From: Callorhinchus milii
Lineage: Eukaryota
NCBI RefSeq assembly: GCF_018977255.1
Contig: NW_024704743.1
Span: forward strand, 113,772,001-113,836,000
Reading direction: 5' to 3'
DNA length: 64,000 nt
Below are positions 14,660-27,120 of the stretch, piece after piece (positions within the stretch are counted from its first letter, which is position 1; every line of letters starts with the position of its first letter). A model generated the notes under the pieces. That model did no database searches. It had not been told where the DNA came from and worked only from the letters and a program-made list of their open reading frames with translations. The position numbers and the translations under genes were made by a program.

Positions 14660-15925
14660 AATTTGAGAGTGGGAAACCATGTGACACGAAATGTCCCTCT
14701 CATCCAAATGGCTTTTGACAAAATGCTACATAACAGACTCGTTTACAAACTGATACTATGTCGCACCAGGTATCGAGAGCAAGACGTGGACATGGATTAG
14801 CAACTGGTCAAAGGGAAGGAAGTAGAGGGTAGCTCTTAGGGGAATGAGGTCAAAATGGGGAGAGGTGTTGAGTGGTGTGCTTGAGGGGTTTCATAATGGG
14901 ACCCTTCCCCTTCTAAATGTAAATGACCTGAATTCATGAATGAATACAGTGGAAGTTTAGCTGCGTTTGCAGATGACACCAGGTTGAGATAAACTGGAAT
15001 GAGAGAAGACCGCCAAGATCTTACAAGGAGAGCTTGGCAGGACGTGCATCTGGGCTGATCACTAGCATATGAAGTTCAATAAAGATAAATGTAAAGTGTT
15101 CCATACAGGAAGTAAAAAAGAAAGGCATGTTTAGAAGAAGAAGAAAAGAAAGAGTGGCCATTTTAATAGCGTCTTATTACTGAAAAAAATCAAAGCACCT
15201 CATAAATAATGACTGTCAAACGTAGTAACTATATACTATAGCTAAAACATGTAACCCATGGAAAAAAGAATACTTATTGATTAGGAAGTAAAAAGAAGCT
15301 TAAGGTGTTCACTAACTCATTGATCACAATAGGCATAGTGTAGGGCAGCAAAGAACAATTTAAAACAAGATGTGGGGCTATATTACTAAATCATTTGAGT
15401 TAAGTTCTCTGAGTTATGGAGAAGCTTTACAGTGCTCTGTCCGCCTCTGACCTTCCTCTACACTAGTTGCCACAAGATAAATGGCTGTCTAGGCCTCAGA
15501 TGCAGTGCAGAGCAGAAATCAGATTGATCCTCAATGTTAGAGAGATAGGCTATGAGGAATGATTAGAAAATTAGGGCTCTTTAGGCTTGAAAAAGAGATA
15601 CCTCAAAGGAGCCCCTACAAAGGTATATAAGATGTTGAATGAGACAGTTGACCCAGATTAGTACTTACCAATACACGAAGGCAAAACAGGACAAGAGAGC
15701 AAGCACATGGTCCTAAAATTTTCCTTATGCAGCCTTGAACAAGTATTTATTCACACAGAGGATAGTCAATAGCTACAGAGGGATACTAAGAAGGGTTAGT
15801 AGGTACTTGGACACTGGAAGTATTTAAGAAACCGCCTGTTACTTATAATGGGATGAATGGTAGATGGATATGCTGGAAAGAGATTAAGTAAGCAGAAGGG
15901 CCTTCTTCATCCAAATTGCACTCGT
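14660..15925 (+). mobile_element. Old degenerate CR1-clade LINE fragments
   Basis: Decayed RT motifs in DNA: gcttttgacaaa (AFDK), agtggtgtgcttgagggg, tttgcagatgacacc (FADDT), atgaagttcaataaagataaatgtaaagtg (MKFNKDKCKV), ttagggctctttaggcttgaaaa. Confidence 0.75.
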
Positions 15926-17189
15926 GATACTTTGAGAGAGTGCATAGAATCTTAGAACCATAGAACTTTACAGCACAGGAGGAGACTATTTGGCACACAT
16001 GTATGAAATATATATATATAATACATATATATACACATATAATCACTGTCATCTGCAAGCTGAATTTCACCAGTGGTGTGAAGTGCTTTGACTGGTGTAC
16101 AAAAAACTAGTTCAAAAAAAGGCAGTTTTGATTTTATGTTAATCTAATCAAGAATCCTCTCATCCTTTTCCTGAGGATCAAAGTGTGGCCCAATTACTTG
16201 CATGTCCCAGTGAAGTACCTGGGCTTCCAAATGGTCCTCGACACTAAAAACGGTTTACTGTATCACTAGCTTGATAACAGGTGGGCATTTTACCTGACCT
16301 TATTTGATTGGTGTATTGTTTTCTTTTCCCTACGTCAACCTTTTTGTTGAGGAATCATTAAATTGCAAAAATCCTGAGGAAATGAGTCAATTACTTGCTC
16401 ATACATCCAACATTCCCTGCCTAATAAAAACAGAATATCCTGGAAATGTACAGCATGCTGCTTGTCATTTTCATCAGAACACACAAAGCTTTCTCCTTCA
16501 GATCCAAGTGATAGGCTGTATATTCTCTGGTTTTATTTCATATTTCCAGTATTCACAGTCTTTCCTCTAAGAAATGACAAACACTTGGACAGAAAGGAAA
16601 TGCCATTGGGAGCTTTATATGCCTGATGACTTGTCCCAAAAGTGGAGTTGTTTTAAGTTTCGTTTCTGCAACGGAGTGACTTTTTCTTTAGATAGATTTT
16701 TGTCAGGCTGTACTGACACTTAGAAGAAAGAATTTGCTTGTTCGTCAAAGAAACATCCATGTGTAATTCCAACCCTCATGTAAACGTTTCACACTAAGAA
16801 TTTGGGAAATGTGCAAAAACATCAATGTTTTTCTCCTATCATTCAGCACTGAAGAAAAATTCTGAAATATCACATTTTAAAATACATCAACATTTACATC
16901 AACGCAGGCAAATGCCGTATAAATAGCCTGCATGTAAAATACATGGCTGGCTGTGGTTCAGATATTGAATGGAGAATATAATTGTATTGCAACAGCCCTG
17001 ATGCTGTATGATGCAGGTATAATGCCACCTGGTGTTAATAATCTCTGATGCAGTTTTAGAGCCTTTAGGATGTTCTCCCTATTTTTCTCAACCTAGATTT
17101 TGATGACTGCTTTGTGTTTATTGAGGAGAGAAATATCAGAGAAAAGAAATGGAACACTTTTCTGTTTCGGTTTGACTAATTTCATTTAT

Positions 17190-17513
17190 ATAATAATAAT
17201 AATAATCCTTGCATTTGATATAGCGCTTTTCATGTCGGGAGGACGTCCCAAAGCGCTTCACAGAACACACTGTAAAGTGAATTGACTGTATATTTGTGGG
17301 CGAATGCGGCAGCCAATTGTGCACAGCAATGTCCCACAAACAGTCGTAGATTGAAAATGACCAATTTATTATTGTTTTGGGTTTTTTGGAGGGATTATTA
17401 TTAGGCGTGTGGAGTAAGGAAACTTGCCCAAGGTTTCGCCCTCTGGCTGGAATTGAACTCAGGTTTCTCACTTGTAAAGCGAGTGCTCTAACCACTGAGC
17501 TACAGGACTCCAC
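17190..17513 (-). mobile_element. tRNA-derived SINE, short variant
   Basis: Nearly identical to 57017-57343. Confidence 0.92.
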
Positions 17514-17889
17514 ATATAAACCAAGATGTGCTGATTTTGTTTATAAATGAAACTTGCTTTCCTGTAACGCAGCTCCATATCAATAACAATAATAATCCTT
17601 GCAATTGATATAGCGCCTTTTACATTAAGAAGGCATCTCAAAGGATTTATTGTGAAGTGTAGGGACTATGGATTTTGCAGACAAATGGGTATTTTGTATC
17701 AAATGGAACTGCAAGGTGTTTTACTCTTTTTGATCAGAATGCTCACCCATAACATTTCTCTGATGTTGACAACTATGTTTATAGCATCACAGATGCAGAT
17801 TGAAATGTTCTGCTCTCTTCTAGCAATCTGGTTTAACTTTAGCCTCAGAAGACAATTACCCCCTGTACCTGAGCACTTTTTCTATTTCT

Positions 17890-18120
17890 AAGACTAACTG
17901 TCCTTCTGGTCTCTCTTCGAGTGGAAAAGTTGACAATTTAACAACCAAATTGTGGGCAGTTTTGTATTGTGAGTGCACATTTGCTTGGAACTCACTCAGA
18001 CCGTCTAAACTCATTACGTTTAGCGCTGGTGGAGAAAGTGAAGGCTTTCAGCATATGGGTCTGGGATGGAATTGAAACCAAGACCCAGAGGTGAAAGGAC
18101 AAACCCACTGCGCCACCCAG
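17890..18120 (-). mobile_element. LF-SINE-like ancient SINE relic
   Basis: Minus strand reads ggcgcagtgg..cctttcacctctgggtc..aatgagtt..ggtctgagtgagttcc..acaaaactgcccacaatttgg..agagagacc, collinear with the LF-SINE consensus as I recall it. Confidence 0.55.
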
Positions 18121-18529
18121 TGGTATTTTACAATCTGTGCTGTCGATTTGCTTTCAAAAGATGTAACATAGAAATCGCTATCTTTATGAAATTATTTTTT
18201 GATTAACTCCACGTACACCTTCAAATTCACCTTCAAGAGTGTTGGATGCATTTGAAAAGATTTGCAAAGTGCTCTGGTACTTTGTTGCTCAGAGATGAGG
18301 AAGCCAGAAACTATCTGTTTTGACCTGGGAAGAGGTCTCTCTAATCTGAACACCGGCCTGTGGTCATCCCTTGTAAAGAGTTCACTCATCTTTATAACTT
18401 CAAGGGAAGATTCATTTTTTTCATAAAACTAAAATTATAAATAACAAATTTGAAGCGCCGGCCGTGATCATTGACATAATTGCACCTGACTTTGTTTGTA
18501 AACAGGTGAGAGTGACTGGCAAGAAATAA

Positions 18530-18920
18530 TATAACAATAATCCATCAATTTAATATAGAACTTTTCATGTCAGGAGGCAGTCTCAAAGGGCTTCACACAA
18601 TTTACTGAAAAGTGCAGTGACTGTATTTTGTAGGTGAACTTGGCAGCCAATTTGTGCATAGCACTGTCCCACAACAACCGTGAAGTGAATGACCAATTTT
18701 ATTTGGGGAAGTGTTGGCCAGGAGTAGGTCTCGTCTCTTTTTGAATAGGGCCATGGGATCTTTAACATCCACCTGAAGCAGCAGAGAGGCAGGACCTTGG
18801 TTTAACGTCAATTGCACCTCCAACAATGAAACACACTCCCAACTATGAATTAGATGCCAACCTAGATTATGGAAGTCCAAAGTGCCAACAGTGGGGGTAC
18901 CAGCTGAACCAGGTTGATAC
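18530..18920 (-). mobile_element. Older DeuSINE-like SINE
   Basis: Reverse copy with gccatgggatctttaacatccacctgaa. Confidence 0.75.
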
Positions 18921-20089
18921 TCTATGACAATACCACATTTTTCAAAATTGGCACTTTCCCATGTTGAATAAAGTGGTTCCCAGTAGTTGTATGGCAAACA
19001 TAACAAATGCTATGACGAGTGCTTAAAGTTTGTATGATATGTATGAGTGAACAAACCTTCCAGTATGCTGTATAAAGAAACAATTATTTATATGAATAAG
19101 TCAATCTTCTTAACCACAATGTTGTTATGACTTTGAGATTTGATAGTTCTGTAGTGGAGCTAGTTTTCTGCTCGCCATCTGGTGCCAATATTCAGCAATC
19201 AGAGCTCAGCCTCGGTTCAGGTAAACAACAACGCCAGTTCTGAAAATGTGGTCTGACTGTCAGACCACCAATGCCAGAGAGCCTCACCAAATGGCACTGC
19301 GACGTGCTGAGATTAAAAAAGTACTTGGTCAGATCCTAATGCCAACAGCGCAACAAGGCGAGAACTCCGACTGTGCTTCCTGTATCTTTCAATGGGTTGG
19401 GGGGGCAAATACAGTGCTGGGATATATCATCAGCTCTTGTAGAGAAAAAACTTGGGATGTATTGACACTCCCATCATCTGCATGTATAATAAGTTCAATT
19501 TTGCTCAAGAGGATAAATGGGAAGGCCATCTCTCTAAATTTTAGAGAACTGGCAGCATTGCTGGTTATTACTCATAAGATGATAAGAGAGGTTTAGATGA
19601 AGAAGGCCCGTTGGCACATTTGATCTTGTCTTTCCAGACTACAATCCTATCTCCCTTCCATCACAGCATCAAGGTTTTTTTGAAATGAATCCAGTGTCCT
19701 AACTTCAACTAGTATTGAGTACTACTCCTGGAAAACTTGATAATTTGTTAGTTGTTAATTATCCCCTGAGTAAAGAAATCCTTACTGGTGTCTGTTCCGA
19801 AATTGCCCTTCGTAAGTCATCACGTTCTGCTGACTTGGTGTATCTGAAATTAAGTGTTGTATACCCTGGTCAGAGGGTTCTGGAGGTGCTGCTTGGAGAA
19901 ATTTGTTCTTTGAAGCATCTTATCACCGTGAAAGGCACTATATCAAATCTATTGATTTCTTTTATCAGAAAACAAATTTCACCCAATTTACCTTCTGGAG
20001 GAACTACTGCACAGAAACTTCCTAAACCCTAAAGATACTGAAGCAAACCTGTGCAATATTCATCACAGGTTTGCTTCATTATCTTTAAT

Positions 20090-20514
20090 GGTGAAGTCCT
20101 GTAGCTCAGTGCTTAGAGCACTCACCTCATAAACAAGAGAACCTGGGTTTGATTCCCGGGCAGGGCGAAACGTTAGGCAAGTTGTCTTACACCACACGCT
20201 CTGTTTACCTAGCAGTAAGTAGGAACCTGGTTGTTAGTCAATTGTCAGATCGCTTTTCCGTGGATCATAATCACGTTAAAAAAAAGTTTTTTTAATAATA
20301 ATAATTTGGTCACTCAATCCCCGACTGTTTGTGGGACACTACTGTGCGCAATTGGCTGCCACATTCGCCCATAAAGTATACAACAACAAAATTACATTCT
20401 TAAAACGCCTTTATACTGTCAATTCACTTTGCAGTATATTTTGTGAAGCGCTTTGAGACATTTCGAAGACGTTATAAGACGCTATATCAAATGCGAGGAT
20501 TATTATTACTATTA
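20090..20514 (+). mobile_element. tRNA-derived SINE, long variant
   Basis: Same head, body and (tta)n tail. Confidence 0.9.
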
Positions 20515-22339
20515 TCCAATTCATGCCTTTCATCACTTAAAGAACTGAATCATTAACCCATCCTCTCAGTATTTTTCCCTAATAACCAAAGGTTTTGCAA
20601 GCATCTCCTCATAAATAACCAAACAGCTCTACAAGCATCTCCTCATAAATTAGAGCTCCAAGTCCCATATTCACCTGTGCCATCCTTCCCTGAACCGTCT
20701 CCATGCTTCTAAGTCCCATCAAAGGTGTCTGTCTCAGTGCTGATCGTGCATTGTGGGCATCCTTTCATGAGTTGAAGAGCTCCACTACTCAAAAACAAAG
20801 CAAGTGCGATTAATTACTGACAGTCATTCACATAAGTACAAGAGGGCTTGAAACCCATAGTCACCAATGGTCTACATATAGCACACACTCACACTTTGCT
20901 CATTGGATTAATGGATAGGGGTTGGCTTTGAAGGAGAAACAGAGGGCCACAAATGTGCAACATTTTGCACAGTGGGGTGGGAAGAAAACGTGCAATTAAG
21001 GCAACAAGCAGAAAATTCAACCCCTTTACCCATTTACAGAAAAATCAATAGCCAAACCCAGCCCTCCAGGGTAGCTTGAGAGCAGCCACCTTTTGGGAAG
21101 AATGCTTTACAATATAAAAATGTCTCTGATTTCTCCGATTTTTTTTCAAGCAAAGGTGGAGATTGATTTTCACTATAAGGAGGTGTATCAAATGCTTTTT
21201 TAAATCTGTTATCAAATGTACTGATCAAACAAAGGACACCAGCCATTAAATCCTAAACCCACATGCGTGTGAATTATCATTTATGATTTTCTGATGTGAA
21301 TTACCCATCCTGTGGAGACTGAAAATTACCAATTACCCCCACTGGACTGCCAACCATTAAGTATTAATTCCCTGTACAATGGAAATTATTAATCTTTCGA
21401 GTTGTGAAAGTAAAAATCGGAACAGCAGAATAAACCAACTTATACCCATTTCTAACTATGTTAAACGGTAATTACCGGTCCCTTTATATTTAATGTGATA
21501 ATATTTTTGAATCAGTTTCCAGATGAGAACTTAGCAATGGTTACAAGGTTCATACATAAAGTTTCAGGTGTAACTCTATATGCCCACTCTGTCCTAGTAA
21601 TGGTCTTTTTGGCAGCACATATATTTTCTGAGGAACCACAGAGATAGCGTGTGCCATGATACAAGCTGAAGCATGCAATTCTTATAACAGTTTGAAGGAA
21701 GTATGGCCAGAAGACCTCGTTTTTTACAGCACCACAATTTATGCCTTCCTTATGCAGATTAATGGACAGATCCTTATCAAACTGAAAGTTAATGTCTCTG
21801 TCAGACCTGCCACATAAGGAACATTCATACAAAGGTGCACTGTGATTTGTATCAGTTTAGAGCAAACATAAAGCTGTACTCGTGAATTCGCTGTGCTATG
21901 ATTTAGCAAAGAGGACTGACAGGATAAAAAGGGCTCTTTTAAGTGGCATCCTTGGATATTATGAGGCTATTTCTGTTCTTTAATAGCAACAAGACCTCCA
22001 TGTCAGTGTAGTACGATACTAGAAGTTAATGCAATTCAGATACCACCATTTCTAAACGAGAAACTGACCTTACTCAAAGACCTCAACCTACAATATAAGT
22101 TAACAATTTCAGTACATTGTTGACTTTTAGAAACCTTACCACATTTTTACCCTGCACTGACTATACTCATCTTTGCTTTTTAAAAAAATTATGTTATTGG
22201 TAGGTTCAAATCTAAAATATCATTAATCTTCATTTCAGAATTGATCTTCGCTTTGGTTTAAAATGTATTTTGTTTCATGGTGTTTGCTTCTTTGTGTTGA
22301 GTTGTGTTGCTAAGCAAAAAGCTCGCAGAGAGTTTTTGG

Positions 22340-23085
22340 GCCTCACTGAGCCAGTCCGGAACCTTGGCGTCTTGTTTGACCCTCACCTGGCCTTTCTACC
22401 CCATATCCGTTCCATGACCCATTCTGCTTCCCCCACCTTCACAACATCACCCAGCCCCGCCACTGCCTCACCCCTCAGGCCACTGAAACCCTCTTCCATG
22501 CATTCATCACATCAAGGCTCAACTATGCCAACTCCCTGCTCGTCGGCCTTCTCAACTTTTCCCTCCACAAGCTGCAGATGATCCAGAACTCCGCAGCTCA
22601 TGCCCTCTCCCACACCAGGCTCCATGACCCCATCACCCCCATCCTCGCCTGACTCCACTGGCTCCCCTTCCCAGAGGATAGAGTTCAAAATCCTCATCCT
22701 CACCTTCAAGGCCCTCCACGGCCTTGCCCTTCCTTACCTCTCTGACCCGCTGATTCCATATCAACCTGTCCACTCCCTCCGCTCAGCAGGCTCTGGCCTG
22801 CTCCACATCCCTCGCTCAGCCGTCCCACCACTGACGGTCAGGCCTTCAGCTTCTCTGCCCCCACCCTGTGGAACTCCATCCCACATTCCCTTCACCTCAC
22901 TCCCTCCCTTGCCTCTTTCAAGTCACATCTCAAAATCCTCCTCTTCGACTGAGCCTTCGGCCATCGTCCTGCCCTCCACCTTTCCCATTCCCGACCCCCA
23001 GCTTGGGTCCAAATCCCTGACTGTCCAGCGCCTTGGTAATTCTTCCCAACCTGAAAGGCGCTATACAAATGTAATTTGTATAATC
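22340..23085 (+). mobile_element. L2 LINE 3' fragment
   Basis: VRNLGVLFD, RIEFKILILTFKALHGLA; same 3' tail as the other L2 copies. Confidence 0.88.
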
Positions 23086-25654
23086 GTATCTGCTATCCAA
23101 CTTGCAAGGGTTCAAACCTGTACTTGTCAGATGTTTAATGACCGACTATCCTCCTGGAGGGCGTGAGGTGGTAGAGATAAACAGGGTCTCCTTTTATGTC
23201 CACCTGAACAGGCAGATAGGTTTATAGTTTAATATCTCACCCAAAGTGCAGCACTTCCAACAATGCAGCACACCCTACCGCTGTATAGGAGTGTCAGCCG
23301 AGACTATGTGAGTTCAAAGTCCCAACATCGGGCTTGAATCCACAACCTTCATAACTCAAAGGTGAGAATACTATCGATTGAACCAGGCTGACACGCAATT
23401 AAAGAAGAAAAGCGATACAGCAGAATGATTACTGGGTAAATGTATTTGACACTAAAGTTAAATTATGAAGGCACATGTTGCTGACTGCAATATAAATGTT
23501 TTGGAATACCACTTATTTGTACAAAACAGCTGGACAAAAATTATTACATCAAAGAGCCTTTTATGTTTTCTGTACAACAGTTCTCACGTAGCTGTACAGT
23601 ATCAAGTTTAAAACTGTTGCATGGTACATTTTACAGCAGATTTACTGTATCACAGCTCATAATCAGCCTAGCACTGGCTTAAAACATAGCAAGTCTAAAA
23701 AGATCTAGACATCAAAGATCACATTATACTGTAACTGTCAATAATATTTTTAATTGTGCAATGAGAATACCATATGTTCACTTCCAACAATATTAGCTTT
23801 TCAGGGAGGAAGAAATAACCATCATTTTTATGCGATACTTTGCCCTTAAGAATACCATGACGAAAGTATGTTTGTTCAGGTTGCAAGAAAATGGACAAGC
23901 TAAACAGACATGAGCTTAAATATATCCTGGGTTGTCTGCTCAGTAATCCTGTGTATTGTACAGTGTTTTACCTGTGATTTCATAAAAGAGCCTGAGAGGC
24001 CTGCAATTTATCATGGTCTAAGGCTTAAGACAACTGTTTTAAAATTTAAGATGGAGCAAAATTTTGGAAAATTCTTAAAGTCGGACTTGAGTTGGATGTC
24101 TAGTTTCTCGCAATTGTTTTGGGGACTGAATTTGAGAAATTTTCCAAATTCTGCACAATCTGAAAATCCAATGACCAGAGGTACAATACATCGACATGCG
24201 GGATCTACTTCCCATAGGAATCCCATTGATCTTCAGGGATTCCCACAGGGTTCCTTATTAAAGAATCCCATTCAGAAATATCACAAATGAGACTCAAATA
24301 TTGTATAAGTAAGTAAATATTTACTTAGAGATAGATATTTATAATTTAGATTAATATTTATAAATATGTATAATTAAGTTTATAATAATAAACAATAATA
24401 TTATAAATAAATTAGACACTTGAGAATGAATGTGGCCAAAGGAAAAGATGATCCTTTAGTTATATTTATTATATTATTGTAGTTCACTTATCAGGTATAT
24501 CAAAGACTCCCTCTCTCTCAGCTCTGTGCTGTTGGTTGATTCTAATCAACATTTCTCAGTTACGCCTCACTCGTATGACAGTAACACCAACACCAATACT
24601 GACTATCCTCGTGGGGGAGAAGGTAAATAGGGTCTCCTTGGAACTCAACTGACTCCAATGTGACATGCCTGGCAATGGAATGTCGGAATTAGACCAACTT
24701 TCTGTGGCAGTCTCGGTAGTCCGATTCCTGAGCCAGGTGGGTCCACAGTATTCCAGGGCACTGCTGATGACAGCACAGCCAGCCTGGCTCAGACTAGTAA
24801 CTGGGGGACAGGGAGTCATCCAACTCAGCTCCTGTTAACCCTCCAAGCCAAAGGCCTAACTGGTAGGGTGATCCTAGCTGGACAAGCAGCTGGAAAGCTT
24901 GCCGGACAGCAATACCAATGGCAAGCTATGTGGTTTTAGCTGGTTAAACTCCAGCAGTACCCCAACAGACTCTGGGGTCCCCAAGCCTTGGCTCTTGCCA
25001 ACCTGCCCTAATCCTTGCTGGAATTAGGTAAGCAGGATGCGTCCCTCCAGGAAGAGAGTGTACATTCCATTCCAACAATCTGTTTCTGGGTTTCCTCTAT
25101 CCTCTCTCCACCTGTCTTTATAATATTATATCCCATCTAAAGATCTACCTCCTCAACTGTGCTGTTGGTCACTTCCTCCTCTTCCTTTGGTTGGCATCCA
25201 ACATAGTCTCTGTGAAATATACTGAGACATTATAATACATGAAAGGCACAATATGAATAGAAGTTGGTGGAGTTTTTTTGTTGGGGGGTTTGTCAGCTGG
25301 GTATCTGACACATGCAGAAACCCATTACCATGCTTAAGAGTATCCAAATCAAGCTGAGACTTTCATGTATCCCACCTACACATGGAAATCTCAGAAGTAG
25401 ACTTTTGGAATGAGCCAGGCTGGCTGTGCGGTCATCAGCAGTGCCCTTGAATACTATGGACCTGCCTAGTTCAGGAACTGGACTACCGAGACCATGACAT
25501 TTCATTGCCAGGCATATCACTTTGGAGCCAGTTCAGTTCCAAGTAGACCCAGCTTCAATCCCATTCGTGGAGTACTTGTGTTTCCCATTCTTGGATCCTA
25601 TATGTAGTATTTTGCATTTATCAGCCCATGTGCATATCCTATCAAGCTCTCTTT

Positions 25655-27120
25655 GTAAAACCTTCCCTGGACCCATCCCTCCTCTCCAGCTACCGCCCTA
25701 TCTCTAACCTCCCTTTCCTCTCCAAGGTCCTGGTAAGAGTGGTCGTGTCCCAGCTCCGCTCCTTTCTTTCTCGCCATTCCCTCTTTGAACCCCTCCAATC
25801 CGGCTTCCGCGTTGTCCATAGCACGGAAACAGCCCTGGTCAAAGTCATTAATGACATTCTGAACCTCTGTGATCAGTGCTCCCTCTGCCTCCTTGTCCTC
25901 CTCACCCTCTCTGTCACCTTCGACACTGGCGACCACTGCATCTCATACACCGCCTCTCCGCTTTACTCAATCTTCACGGATCTGCCCTTGCCTGGTTTGA
26001 CTCCTATCTCTCTCACCGTCTCCACTTTGTTGCCTCTAACGGTTTCTCCTCCAATCTCCACACTGTCACGCCTGGTGTCCCTCAGGGCTCTGTCCTTGGC
26101 CCTCTCCTCTCTAATATCTACATGCTCCCCCTTGGAGACGTCATCCGCAGACATGGGGTCAACTTCCATATGTATGCAGATGACACCCAACTCTATTTTT
26201 CTGCCTCACCCTCAACTCCAGGACCACTATTGTCCTGACAGACTGCCTGTCAGACATCAAGACCTGGTTGAGGGCAAATTTCCTACAGTTGAATGTGAAC
26301 AAGACTGAGGCCCTCCTGATTGGCTCACACCAGCACCTCTGCACCTCAGGCTCTGGCAGCATCAACCTCCATGGTCGCACACTACAACTCACCAAGCCAG
26401 TTAGGAACCTAGGTGTCTTGTTCGACTCTCAACTTTCTTTTCTTCCCCACAAGCCATGACCCACTCTGCCTTCCCTCACCTCTGTAACATCGCCCGACTC
26501 CGCCACTACCTCACCACTCAGGCCGCTGAAACTCTTGTTCATGCCTTCATCACCTCCAGGCTCGACTATGCAAACACCCTGCTTGTCGGCCTTCCCAACT
26601 CCTCCCTCCACAGGCTGCAGATAATCCAGAACTCTGTAGCCCGTGTCCTCTCCACCAAACTCCGTGACCCCATCTCCCCCATTCTTGCCCGACTCCATTG
26701 GCTCCCTATCCTTCAGAGGATCCAGTTCAAGATCCTGGTCCTCACCTACAAAGCTCTTTATGGACTCGCCCCACCCGACCTCTGCGATCTCCTAACCCAC
26801 TACCAAATTCTCCACTGCTTCCACTCAGCCTGCTCCTGCCTGCTCCAAGTCCCCCGACCCACCCGCCCCACCATTGGCGGGAGAGCCTTCAGCCACTGCC
26901 CCAATCTCTGGAATTCCAGTCCACTCTGCCTTGCCCCCTCCTTAGCCTCCTTCAAGTCCCGTCAGAAAACCCTTCTCTTCGAGCATTCCATCGGTCACCC
27001 CCCATCCCCTCCCCTCCCTGACCCCAGCTCGGGTCTGAAATGCTGTGCACTGTCCAGCGCCTTGGGATGTCCTCCCAACATGAAAGGCTCTATACAAATG
27101 TAATCTTGTTATTGTTGTTT
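25655..27120 (+). mobile_element. L2-clade LINE, 5'-truncated, disrupted reverse transcriptase
   Basis: Frameshifted RT pieces [47 protein letters not shown]; 3' tail ending in TTG repeats. Confidence 0.93.

Noticed and set aside
25628..27103. Functional reverse transcriptase gene
   Set aside because: Multiple frameshifts and stops, and 5' truncation; the 48.3-50.0 kb copy is also disrupted.
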